64,000 nucleotides of DNA from assembly GCA_965208835.1 (NCBI GenBank), contig OZ242358.1, forward strand, positions 1,440,001 through 1,504,000, in the 5' to 3' direction. How positions within the stretch are numbered: position 1 is the stretch's first letter; each line of letters starts with the position of its first letter. This DNA comes from Candidatus Latescibacterota bacterium (GTDB lineage: Bacteria; Latescibacterota; UBA2968; GCA-2709665). This document shows positions 19,653 to 28,317 of this stretch, piece by piece. The notes beneath the pieces were generated by a model that saw only the letters and a program-made list of their open reading frames with translations, was not told where the DNA came from and did not search any database. The translations under genes and the position numbers were made by a program.

Positions 19653-20798
19653 CTATTGAGAACCGGTTTTCCAGAGATAGATCGGTCTGCCCGTTATGTC
19701 AATATAACCACATTTCCGATCTCCCATTACCGGCGCAACGCCGTTGTTGAACGGCCAGCAGGTGTTGAATTGGGGTTCGGCAATGTAGTCGCCCTTTCGA
19801 TTGATGTATCCCCATTTGCCGTCGTCCATGACGGCGGCGATGCCTCCGGAAAAGTGCTCGACCTGTTCGTAACGAGGCGGCACCGCAAACGCGCCGGATT
19901 TGTCGATAAAACCGAATCGTTCCCCGATTCGTGCGCCCGCGAGTCCTTCACTGAAGGGGTGGGCTTCGTCGAATTTGAGGGGAATGACGAACTTCCCGGT
20001 TTCGTCGATATATCCCTGCTTGTCGCCAATACCCACGCGTCCAAGACCCTCGACAAAACCCTGGGCCCTCTCGAATTGGGGCGGGATGATCATTTCCCCA
20101 CTTTTGTCGATGTAGCCGAACTTGCCGTCTTTTTTCGCGGCATACGGCGCAGTGAATTCAAAGGGCGTATGAGACACGGCGGGTTCTCCTTTTTGCGGCT
20201 GTTTTGACGTTGGGTCAGGAATGGCTGCAGACGATATGGCATCTTCGTCGGACGTGTACTGGAATTCGGTGAGGGTCTTTTCGAGTTGAATCCTAACCTT
20301 GCGTTTGGCTCTGAGTATGCGCATCGTCAGCGCCTTGTATGAAAGGCCGTGGATTTTTTGCAGATCCGCATAGGGAATCTCGTCCAGATAGCGGGATTTG
20401 AGCAGGTCGCGTTCCATTGCGGGAAGTCTGTCAATCGCGGAAATGGTTCTACCGATCGTCTCATCTCGAATCAGCCGTGCTTCAGCCGAATGTTCGATCG
20501 CGGGTTCTTCAAGGGTGAGGGGCCGTGTACCGGGCTGTCTGTGGCGCAGCCGGTTCTGGCATTCGTTGCGGGCGATTTGACGCAGCCACGCTTCGAAACG
20601 CTCGGGTCGTCTCAGTGAAGCCAGGTTCTGATACGCCTTGAGGAAGACGTCCTGAACGACTTCCCGGGCATCTTCGGGATTTCTCATCCAATAGAGCGAT
20701 TGGGAGTAAACAGACGCCTGGTGCTTCCGAATCAGCTGCTCGAGCGCTCGCGAATCACCCGTCAGAATCTGTTGGACCAGGTGCGCGTCATTGTTCAT
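19653..20798 (-). CDS. ECF sigma-70 factor fused to WG (KWG) repeat domain
   Basis: DAREVVQDVFLKAY, FEAWLRQIARN and a region 4 HTH, followed by repeated K.GYID..G...I...F......F.EG units. Confidence 0.85.
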   Translation of the reverse strand: MNNDAHLVQQILTGDSRALEQLIRKHQASVYSQSLYWMRNPEDAREVVQDVFLKAYQNLASLRRPERFEAWLRQIARNECQNRLRHRQPGTRPLTLEEPAIEHSAEARLIRDETIGRTISAIDRLPAMERDLLKSRYLDEIPYADLQKIHGLSYKALTMRILRAKRKVRIQLEKTLTEFQYTSDEDAISSAAIPDPTSKQPQKGEPAVSHTPFEFTAPYAAKKDGKFGYIDKSGEMIIPPQFERAQGFVEGLGRVGIGDKQGYIDETGKFVIPLKFDEAHPFSEGLAGARIGERFGFIDKSGAFAVPPRYEQVEHFSGGIAAVMDDGKWGYINRKGDYIAEPQFNTCWPFNNGVAPVMGDRKCGYIDITGRPIYLWKTGSQ

Positions 20799-20965
20799 GA
20801 TGAGTCCTCTTTATAGATTAAGACACTCGAACGGGTTGTTTTCCTCGCTCATTTTGCTGGAAATATAACGAAATACCCGATAAGAGTTCATACCAGGCCA
20901 GCGCATCCCCGATCGATTCAGACGAAACCATCCAAAGGGCGATTGGCTAACCATTGCGGATTTGA

Positions 20966-21982
20966 ATGAAAGTCATCTATTCACCGAACCACAGCCGCCA
21001 CGCGCCGCGCTATCAGTTCATCGGTGGCGGGCTGAGACCGAATCCGGAAGTCCCGGCGCGGGCGGAGGCGATTCTTGGCGCGATTCGAGGCACACACGAC
21101 GTGCTGCCGCCGAGAGCATTCTCGATGGACGCCATCCGGGCCGTGCACGACCCGGGATATCTGCGCTTCCTGGAGTGCGTCCACGCTGCGTGGGTGGATC
21201 GGGGCGGAGGCGGCGAAACCGGGCTGATCCCAGACACGTTCGCGACGCGCGCATCAACCCGCGTGCCCCGCGATCCGGTGCATCAGACAGGTCACTACGG
21301 CTTCGAGACGCAGACACCGATACTCGAGCACACCTTCGTGGCGGCGCGCGAGGCCACGTACTGCGCGCTGACCGGCGCGGCGATGCTGCTGGAGGGAGAA
21401 CCGTCGGTTTACGCGCTCTGCCGGCCGCCCGGGCATCACGCGGCGGGCGACCTGTACGGCGGCTACTGTTACCTGAACCATGCGGCGGCCGCGGCAAAAT
21501 ACCTCAGTGCTGCCGGTCGCGTGGCCGTGCTGGACGTGGACTATCACCACGGGAACGGGACGCAGTCGATCTTCTACGGGTCGGATGCGGTTCTTTTCGT
21601 TTCCATCCACGCGGACCCGGATTCTGAGTATCCGTATTTCAGCGGATACGCGGATGAGTCCGGTAAGGGCACAGGGCACGGGCTGAACGTGAATCTGCCG
21701 CTTGCCATCGGCACGGGCGAAACCCGGTACCTGGAGACACTGGAACGGGTGCTGATCGAGGTGGACCGGTTCGCCCCCGCGTTTCTGGTGGTTTCTCTGG
21801 GCGTGGACATCTGCCGGGAAGACCCGCTTGGCAAGTTCGATCTGCAGGTCTCTACATTCGAGACAATCGGACGTCGAATCGCGCGGGCGGACCTTCCGAC
21901 GCTTCTGGTGCAGGAGGGCGGGTACGACCTGGACAGTATTGGCGCGTGTGTGCAGAATGTGCTTGATGCATTTGGGCGTTAG
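20966..21982 (+). CDS. Histone deacetylase-family amidohydrolase (acetylpolyamine amidohydrolase-like)
   Basis: RPPGHHA, GGYCYLN, LDVDYHHGNGTQ, SLGVD, QEGGY. Confidence 0.92.
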   Translation: MKVIYSPNHSRHAPRYQFIGGGLRPNPEVPARAEAILGAIRGTHDVLPPRAFSMDAIRAVHDPGYLRFLECVHAAWVDRGGGGETGLIPDTFATRASTRVPRDPVHQTGHYGFETQTPILEHTFVAAREATYCALTGAAMLLEGEPSVYALCRPPGHHAAGDLYGGYCYLNHAAAAAKYLSAAGRVAVLDVDYHHGNGTQSIFYGSDAVLFVSIHADPDSEYPYFSGYADESGKGTGHGLNVNLPLAIGTGETRYLETLERVLIEVDRFAPAFLVVSLGVDICREDPLGKFDLQVSTFETIGRRIARADLPTLLVQEGGYDLDSIGACVQNVLDAFGR

Positions 21983-22058
21983 GCGTTTATTGTCCGTCCG
22001 GACATTCAGGTGTCGTCGGGTTGTTGACGTCCGCGTTGGCTGGTGAAAGGAATGAGAC

Positions 22059-22805
22059 ATGATTCTCGCTGAAATGACGTCCCCGGAGATCGACGCCCTG
22101 CCGCGGGATATCGTGGTACTGATGCCCGTGGCCTCGTGCGAACAGCACAGCCTGCATCTGCCCGTGTTTACCGACAGTCTGATCGGCGGCGAGGTCGCCA
22201 GGCGGGTGCACAAACGCTGCCCGGATGACGTCCTCGTGCTGCCGGTGCAGTGGCTGGGATACTCCCAGCATCACATTCGCTATCCCGGCACGGTGAGCGC
22301 CGTTTCCGAGACGCACCTTCTACTGATGATGGATATCGTGGCATCGATGGTGGGGCACGGCTTCCGGAAGATTCTGATACAGAACAGCCACGGCGGCAAC
22401 GGCGCGAATGTCTCCGTGCTGCTGCAGCGGTTGATGGAACGGTATCCGGACGACGACGTGGAGTTCTACTCACGCTGGGCGTGGGCATCCGGCGACGCGC
22501 TGGACAGGATACGCCGCCTGGGCTCCGGAGGGTCCGGGCACGCCGGCGAAACGGAGACGTCGATGATCCTGGCGATCCGTCCTGAACTCGTACGCACGGA
22601 CAGCCTGGACGCCGATGGCGAACGCGACGGGATGCGGGTGCCGGGCGTGGCTTCCTACTACCGGTTCGATCAGCGTACGCGGCACGGCGGCGTTGGCGAT
22701 CCCACGGTCGCGAGCGCCGAGAACGGCGAGCGTCTGCTGGACGCTTCCGCTGATGAGGTGGCCGGACACGTTAGACAGATTCGCGCCCTGAAGCCATTCG
22801 GTTAA
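22059..22805 (+). CDS. Creatininase family protein
   Basis: EQHSLHLP..TD, S.HH..YPGT, NSHGGN, HAGETETS, GVGDP. Confidence 0.9.
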   Translation: MILAEMTSPEIDALPRDIVVLMPVASCEQHSLHLPVFTDSLIGGEVARRVHKRCPDDVLVLPVQWLGYSQHHIRYPGTVSAVSETHLLLMMDIVASMVGHGFRKILIQNSHGGNGANVSVLLQRLMERYPDDDVEFYSRWAWASGDALDRIRRLGSGGSGHAGETETSMILAIRPELVRTDSLDADGERDGMRVPGVASYYRFDQRTRHGGVGDPTVASAENGERLLDASADEVAGHVRQIRALKPFG

Positions 22806-22944
22806 CAGTCCGTTGAATCGGCGTCGAGTTCCGTCACGGAGGATGCTGCCGCTGGCTTTTTGTTGATGGTAGGGCGCTCGCGCCAATGACCGATGCACAC
22901 GATCATCCGACATCATACGACGCAGGAACACCGGAGGAGACGGG

Positions 22945-23736
22945 ATGCGCAGAAACAGACTGAGTGAGTTATTGAAGGCGGACAAACCCAGCCTGGGGAC
23001 CCACGTACACAGTCCCTGGCCGACGGTAATGGAGCTGGTGGGGCTTACCGGAATGTACGACTACGTGGAATACGTGTCGGAATACGCGCCGTACGACCTG
23101 CATACGTTTGAGAACCTTGCCAGGGCGATCGAGCTCTACGATATGTCGTCCATGATCAAGGTGGAGCAGGAACCCAGATCGCACCTGGCGTCGCGGGCGA
23201 TCGGCGCGGGCATCCAGAATGTGCTGTTCGCCGACGTGCGGAACGTCTCCGACGCCCGCGAGTGCGTGAACGCGGTGCGCGCCGAGACACCGAAGACAGG
23301 CGGCCAGCACGGGGCGAGCATGCGCCGGAACATGGGGTTCGGGATGGCCGGCGGCCTGCCGGAGTTCGTCGAAGCCATGGAAGATGTCGTCATTGCCGTC
23401 ATGATCGAAAAAGCGCCGGCGGTGGAGAATCTGGAGGCGATCCTGGCCGTGGGCGGCCTGGACATGGTACAGTTCGGCCCCGGAGACTTCTCTATGAGTA
23501 TCGGCCATCCGGGCGAATACGGAAACGAGAAAGTAAAAGAGGCGGAGAAATTCGTCGTCGAAACGTCGTTGAAAATGGGCGTCGCGCCGCGGGCAGAGAT
23601 CAGTACGCCGGACCAGGCGAAGCGCTATCTGGATATGGGCGTGAAACACTTCTGCATCGGTACGGATGTCAGCATTCTGATGGACTGGTTCCGGACCCGG
23701 GGCGAGGAAATGCGGCGTGTGCTGGAAGGCGCATGA
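22945..23736 (+). CDS. HpcH/HpaI aldolase family protein
   Basis: VMIEK..AVENLEAILAV.GLD...FGPGDFSMSIG. Confidence 0.85.
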   Translation: MRRNRLSELLKADKPSLGTHVHSPWPTVMELVGLTGMYDYVEYVSEYAPYDLHTFENLARAIELYDMSSMIKVEQEPRSHLASRAIGAGIQNVLFADVRNVSDARECVNAVRAETPKTGGQHGASMRRNMGFGMAGGLPEFVEAMEDVVIAVMIEKAPAVENLEAILAVGGLDMVQFGPGDFSMSIGHPGEYGNEKVKEAEKFVVETSLKMGVAPRAEISTPDQAKRYLDMGVKHFCIGTDVSILMDWFRTRGEEMRRVLEGA

Positions 23737-23830
23737 AGTTGCCGACGGATCCCGGGCGACAACATCAGGCAGTACGGGTTCAACAGGTCTGCAGCGGGTG
23801 TGACGCGGGCCGGAGGGAGGCGAATTTTTC

Positions 23831-24886
23831 ATGGTGACGGAATCAACCGATAACGGCAGGTCGGATCCCCACGGTCTCTGGGATACGGGCGATCCCCGCA
23901 TGCACGTGGGTACGCAGCGGTTCGACACAACGGACGAGCACCTGGGGTTTCTCGCGCGCCACGGCGTGAACAGTATGGCCGCCAACGATATCACCTTCCA
24001 CCGGGACCGGGGCTGGGATGCCGAGGAACTCGCGGCGAAACGCGAGAAGTGCGCGGGTTACGGCGTGGACCTGGAAATGGTGGCGCTGCCGCTCCATCAG
24101 TTCAACGAAGACGGCGGGTCGGTGCCCAACTATATGCTCGGGAATTGGAAAAAGGGAGAGAAGGAGATCGAACGGGTTTGCAGGATGGTGCGGGCCACGG
24201 GCGAGGCCGGCATTCCTGCCATCAAGTATTTCCTGTGCGAGATGGAGAACCAGCGAACGGAGAGTGTGCCGCCGGGCCGCGGCGGCGTCCGGTATTCCAC
24301 CTGGGACCTCTCGAAGGCCGACGCCGAAACACCGCGATACGACGAGCCCGTCACCGCCGAAGAGAACTGGGAACGGGTGACCTTCTTCCTGGAGCGGGTG
24401 ATTCCCGTCGCGGAGGAATGCAAGGTCCGCATGGCGTGCCACCCCTGCGACCCGTGGCTGCCGCCGGGGTACAAGGGCGTGGACCGCGTCCTGGGCGGGG
24501 CGGAGGGGTTCAAGCGGTTTATCGAAATCTGTCCCAGTCCCTATCACGGCCTGAATCTCTGCCTGGGCTGCATGGCCGAGAGCGTGGAGGATCCCGCCAC
24601 GGAGGTGCCGGATATCATCCGCTATTTCGGGGAACGGAAGAAGATCCACCTGATCCACTATAGGAATATCTTCGGCGGCCGCAACAAGTTCCAGGAAGTC
24701 TGGCCCGACGAAGGCGACATGAATATGTACACGCTGATGCAGGCGCTGAAAGACGTCGGATATCCGCACATGGTGGTGCCGGACCACGCCCCCGGCCACA
24801 GCGCGCCGGGAAGCTTCGAGCAGGCGTTTGCCTTCCAGTTCGGTTATATCAAGGCGATGATGCAGGCGGTGCTTTCCACCGCGTGA
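23831..24886 (+). CDS. uxuA: Mannonate dehydratase family protein
   Basis: FLERVIPVAEE..VRMACHPCDP, GLNLCLG, HYRN, DEGDMNM, PDH, GYIKAM. Confidence 0.8.
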   Translation: MVTESTDNGRSDPHGLWDTGDPRMHVGTQRFDTTDEHLGFLARHGVNSMAANDITFHRDRGWDAEELAAKREKCAGYGVDLEMVALPLHQFNEDGGSVPNYMLGNWKKGEKEIERVCRMVRATGEAGIPAIKYFLCEMENQRTESVPPGRGGVRYSTWDLSKADAETPRYDEPVTAEENWERVTFFLERVIPVAEECKVRMACHPCDPWLPPGYKGVDRVLGGAEGFKRFIEICPSPYHGLNLCLGCMAESVEDPATEVPDIIRYFGERKKIHLIHYRNIFGGRNKFQEVWPDEGDMNMYTLMQALKDVGYPHMVVPDHAPGHSAPGSFEQAFAFQFGYIKAMMQAVLSTA

Positions 24887-24990
24887 ACGCTAACGTATTG
24901 TATCGGCGAATCCAGCCGCGAACTCCGAAACTCCCTTCCAAAACGAACGTCGGGAAGACGGTCGTCGTTCCCCGAAAACCGGGCGGCTAA

Positions 24991-25136
24991 CAGTCCGTTG
25001 ATAAAGTCGCTCTGCAGGCGAGGTCGAAGACAAGGCGCGCAACCGAGTCCCATCCTGCGATTCGGCGAGGGCGCGCAACGCAGTATTTCGACCGCAAGGG
25101 CCGGCCGTAGCCCGGATGGGCTTTTTCAACGGGCTT
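24991..25136. mobile_element. MITE family B, copy 1
   Basis: TIRs CAGTCCGTTGATAAAG and CTTTTTCAACGGGCTT, with CTAA on both sides. Homologous to 40660-40819. Confidence 0.8.
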
Positions 25137-25146
25137 CTAAGGAGTC

Positions 25147-25491
25147 GTGATGAAGTTTGATACGAGCCTGTTCGATCGTGCACTCAAGAAACGAAAAGAG
25201 AAGCGAAGCCGCGAGAGAAAGGATTGCCTGGATACGGTAACGGCGTCCCTCATCCGTGTCCGGAGTCAATACGACATCCGCGAGGCGTACATAACGGGTT
25301 CGCTTATTGTTGAGCATCGATGGACTGAGACGTCCGACGTCGATGTGGCTGTTGGTGGATGTTCCGGATCAGTCCTCGACGTCATGAAAGCGCTGGAAGA
25401 TACCACCGGAAAGGTTGTGGATGTCATCGATCTGGACACGCATCCACATCCGGACACGGTCAGGGACAGGGGATTGACTGTATATAATTGA
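25147..25491 (+). CDS. Minimal nucleotidyltransferase (MNT/MntA-type antitoxin)
   Basis: YITGSL....SDVDVAV..VDVIDL; 114 aa. Confidence 0.85.
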   Translation: MMKFDTSLFDRALKKRKEKRSRERKDCLDTVTASLIRVRSQYDIREAYITGSLIVEHRWTETSDVDVAVGGCSGSVLDVMKALEDTTGKVVDVIDLDTHPHPDTVRDRGLTVYN

Positions 25492-25595
25492 AGCCGGGAT
25501 GTGGCGGAATTCCTGGGCCGGATAACGCCATAGCCGGCGGCGTTCAGCGACACGTGCGCACTGGCGGCAGTCAAGAGTAATCGGGGAAAGGTTAC

Positions 25596-26399
25596 ATGGA
25601 GGACGCGGCCAAACTGTTTTCCCTCGAAGGGCGCGTCGCGCTGGTGACGGGCGCGGGGAGGGGGATCGGGCAGGGCATCGCGAAGGGCCTCGCGGCCCAC
25701 GGCGCCAGGTGCGTATGCGCGGCCAGGACTCGCCCCCAACTGGACGAAACGGTGGCGGCGATACGGGCGGCGGGAGGCGACGCGTTGGCCGTGGAAATGG
25801 ATGTGGCCGATCTGGACGCCGTCAGACGGGGGGTGGAAACGACCCTTGCTCAATATGGACAACTCGACATTCTGGTGAACAATGCGGGGATGAATATCCG
25901 GGAACCGCTGCAGGAGGTTGCGGAGGCGCATTACGACCGGATCATGGACGTGAATCTAAAGGGTCTCTTTTTTCTGTCCCAAATGGCCGCCAAAGACATG
26001 ATCCCGCGCAAGCAGGGCAAGATCATCAATATCGGCTCCCTGACCACCGGAATCGCCCTGCACGGCGTGTCGGTCTATACGTCAACCAAGGGCGCCGTCG
26101 GTCAGTTGACGAAGGCGCAGGCCCTGGAACTCGGCCCGCACAATATCCAGGTGAACGCGATCTGCCCCGGTTTCATTCTGACGCCACTCACGGAAGAGTT
26201 ATGGTCCGATCCGACAATGCGGGCCTGGGGCGAAGGCCGGACACCCGCGGGGCGCCTGGGCAACCCGGAAGACCTGGTGGGAACCGCCGTGTTCCTGGCA
26301 TCCGCGGCTTCCGACTTCGTAACCGGCCAGCACATCTACGTGGACGGCGGGTTCATGGCCGGCGAGAAGTGGCCGCTGCCGCCGAAGGCGAGTCAATAG
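25596..26399 (+). CDS. Short-chain dehydrogenase (gluconate 5-dehydrogenase/KduD-like)
   Basis: TGAGRGIG, NNAG, YTSTK, VNAICPG, VDGG. Confidence 0.92.
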   Translation: MEDAAKLFSLEGRVALVTGAGRGIGQGIAKGLAAHGARCVCAARTRPQLDETVAAIRAAGGDALAVEMDVADLDAVRRGVETTLAQYGQLDILVNNAGMNIREPLQEVAEAHYDRIMDVNLKGLFFLSQMAAKDMIPRKQGKIINIGSLTTGIALHGVSVYTSTKGAVGQLTKAQALELGPHNIQVNAICPGFILTPLTEELWSDPTMRAWGEGRTPAGRLGNPEDLVGTAVFLASAASDFVTGQHIYVDGGFMAGEKWPLPPKASQ

Positions 26400-26410
26400 G
26401 GCGCATTTCG

Positions 26411-27007
26411 ATGGATGCCGACAGACTCGAACGACAGATCGACTTTATCGTCGAAATCGACAAACTCAAGCACGTGCTCCGGCGGACGTACCTGGTCGAC
26501 GGGAAACGCCGGGAGAACAGTGCGGAGCATTCGTGGCATCTCGCCGCGATGGCCGTACTGCTTGTGGAATACGCGCGGGAAGAACTCGATCTCGCGCGGG
26601 TTGTGAAAATGCTGCTGCTTCACGACGTCGTTGAGATCGACGCCGGAGATACATTTGCCTACGACGAGGCGGCCCACGCCGACAAGAACGAGCGGGAGCG
26701 GCTGGCCGCCGAGCGAATTTTCAACCTGCTTCCCGACGACTTGGCCGGGGAGGTGTTCGCGTTGTGGGAGGAATTCGAGGAGGGTGAGACTCCCGAGGCG
26801 AAATACGCGGAAGCGCTCGACCGGTTTCAGCCGATCCTGCTGAACTACGGATCAGGTGGGATCGCGTGGCAGGAGCACGGGATCAGTTCGGAGCAGGTGA
26901 TTGCGCGAAATCGACATATCGAAGCGGGAGCGCCTGTTCTGTGGACGTACGTCCGTGGATTGATCGACCGCGCTGTGAGCAGTGGGCGTCTGGCGTCTGG
27001 AGCGTGA
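26411..27007 (+). CDS. HD-domain protein (HD_3/YfbR-like)
   Basis: EIDKLK..RR, ENSAEHSW, LLHDVVEIDAGD, ALDRFQP. ATG 26411; the 432-aa track ORF is an upstream read-through artefact. Confidence 0.88.
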   Translation: MDADRLERQIDFIVEIDKLKHVLRRTYLVDGKRRENSAEHSWHLAAMAVLLVEYAREELDLARVVKMLLLHDVVEIDAGDTFAYDEAAHADKNERERLAAERIFNLLPDDLAGEVFALWEEFEEGETPEAKYAEALDRFQPILLNYGSGGIAWQEHGISSEQVIARNRHIEAGAPVLWTYVRGLIDRAVSSGRLASGA

Positions 27008-27076
27008 TCGAGGGGCAGAAAGCAGCCCGTTAAACCGCCGGACCTGGCGGGACAGAACTGACAGGAGGATCGGGTT

Positions 27077-28138
27077 ATGGCACAACAGCATGGGGAATCG
27101 ATGTGGTTTTATGTGGGAGGGGCCGGTATTTCGGTCTACCGTCTGGACCTTTCCACCGGGGCCCTGGCGCACCGGAGTACGGTCTCGGAGGTGAAGAATC
27201 CTTCATTCCAGGCCATCCATCCGTCGAATCGGTTCCTTTACTCTGTCGCGGAAGTCGATGATGGCGGGGCGTTGCACGCGTTCGCGGTCGATCCGGCCAC
27301 GGGTGCCCTGCGTTCGCTGAACCATCAGTCATGTATGGGCGCCGGTCCCTGCCACGTGAGCGTGGACGCAACCGGTCGGGTGGTGCTGGTGGCCAATTAT
27401 TCCAGCGGCGGCGTGGCGGCGCTGCCCATTTTGGACGACGGCAGTCTGGGCGAGGCCACTTCCGTTTTTCAGCATGAGGGTTCCAGCGTGAATCCGGGCA
27501 GACAGCAGGGGCCGCATGCGCATTCCATAACCATCGATCCGGGCAATCGATTCGCTGTCTCAGCGGACCTTGGAATCGACAAAGTGCTCGTCTACCGGCT
27601 GGATGCGGAGAAGCAGACGATAGCGCCCAACGATCCCCCTGGGGTGGATGTTCAGGCGGGCGCCGGACCCAGGCACTTCGCGTTTCATTCCAACCGGAAA
27701 AGCGCATACCTGATCAATGAGCTGGACAATACGGCCGTGACGTACGCGTACGATGAAGATCGAGGGGTCCTGGAGACGGTCCAGGTAATCTCCACGTTGC
27801 CCCCGGACTTCACCGATACCAGCTATTGTGCGGATATCCACGTGTCGCCGGACGGGCGCTTCGTGTACGGCTCGAACCGGGGGCACGACAGTATCGTCAT
27901 ATTTGAAGTCGATTCAGGCACAGGGAAGCTATCGGTCGTGGACTACGAGTCGACCCGTGGCGAGTTTCCGCGTAATTTCGCGCTGGATCCCTCCGGACGG
28001 TTTCTGTTTGCCGCCAATCAGAATACAGACAACATCGTCGCGTATCGAATCGACGGACAGACGGGAAGACTTGCCGCGACCGGCCATCAGGTGGAGACCC
28101 CTCAGCCGGTCTGCATCACCATGATCCACGCGGCATAA
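27077..28138 (+). CDS. pgl: 6-phosphogluconolactonase / lactonase family beta-propeller
   Basis: NPSF, GPCHV, ANY, PHAH, DLGID, GPRH, NEL, SNRGHDSI, PRNF. Confidence 0.88.
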   Translation: MAQQHGESMWFYVGGAGISVYRLDLSTGALAHRSTVSEVKNPSFQAIHPSNRFLYSVAEVDDGGALHAFAVDPATGALRSLNHQSCMGAGPCHVSVDATGRVVLVANYSSGGVAALPILDDGSLGEATSVFQHEGSSVNPGRQQGPHAHSITIDPGNRFAVSADLGIDKVLVYRLDAEKQTIAPNDPPGVDVQAGAGPRHFAFHSNRKSAYLINELDNTAVTYAYDEDRGVLETVQVISTLPPDFTDTSYCADIHVSPDGRFVYGSNRGHDSIVIFEVDSGTGKLSVVDYESTRGEFPRNFALDPSGRFLFAANQNTDNIVAYRIDGQTGRLAATGHQVETPQPVCITMIHAA

Positions 28139-28253
28139 GTCCGACGCAAATCACGTACGCGCGGAAACCGCCCCGATCCCGATCGCCAGGCGTCCTCTTC
28201 AATGGCGTCTGGCAGGCTGCTTCGCCGGTTTTCGCTCACGGGACAACAGAAGG

Positions 28254-28297
28254 CGCCCGCAGTGCCGATCGTAAGAACGCGGCGGCGGGCTTTTTTT
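28254..28297 (+). terminator. Intrinsic terminator just upstream of the acyl-CoA synthetase
   Basis: GCCCGC..GCCG..CGGC.GCGGGC followed by T7. Confidence 0.55.
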
Positions 28298-28317
28298 CTG
28301 AGAAGCGACGGCCGGCC

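Noticed and set aside
25709-26410. N-terminal extension of the 432-aa ORF
   Set aside because: It overlaps the SDR gene in another frame; the HD protein starts at ATG 26411.
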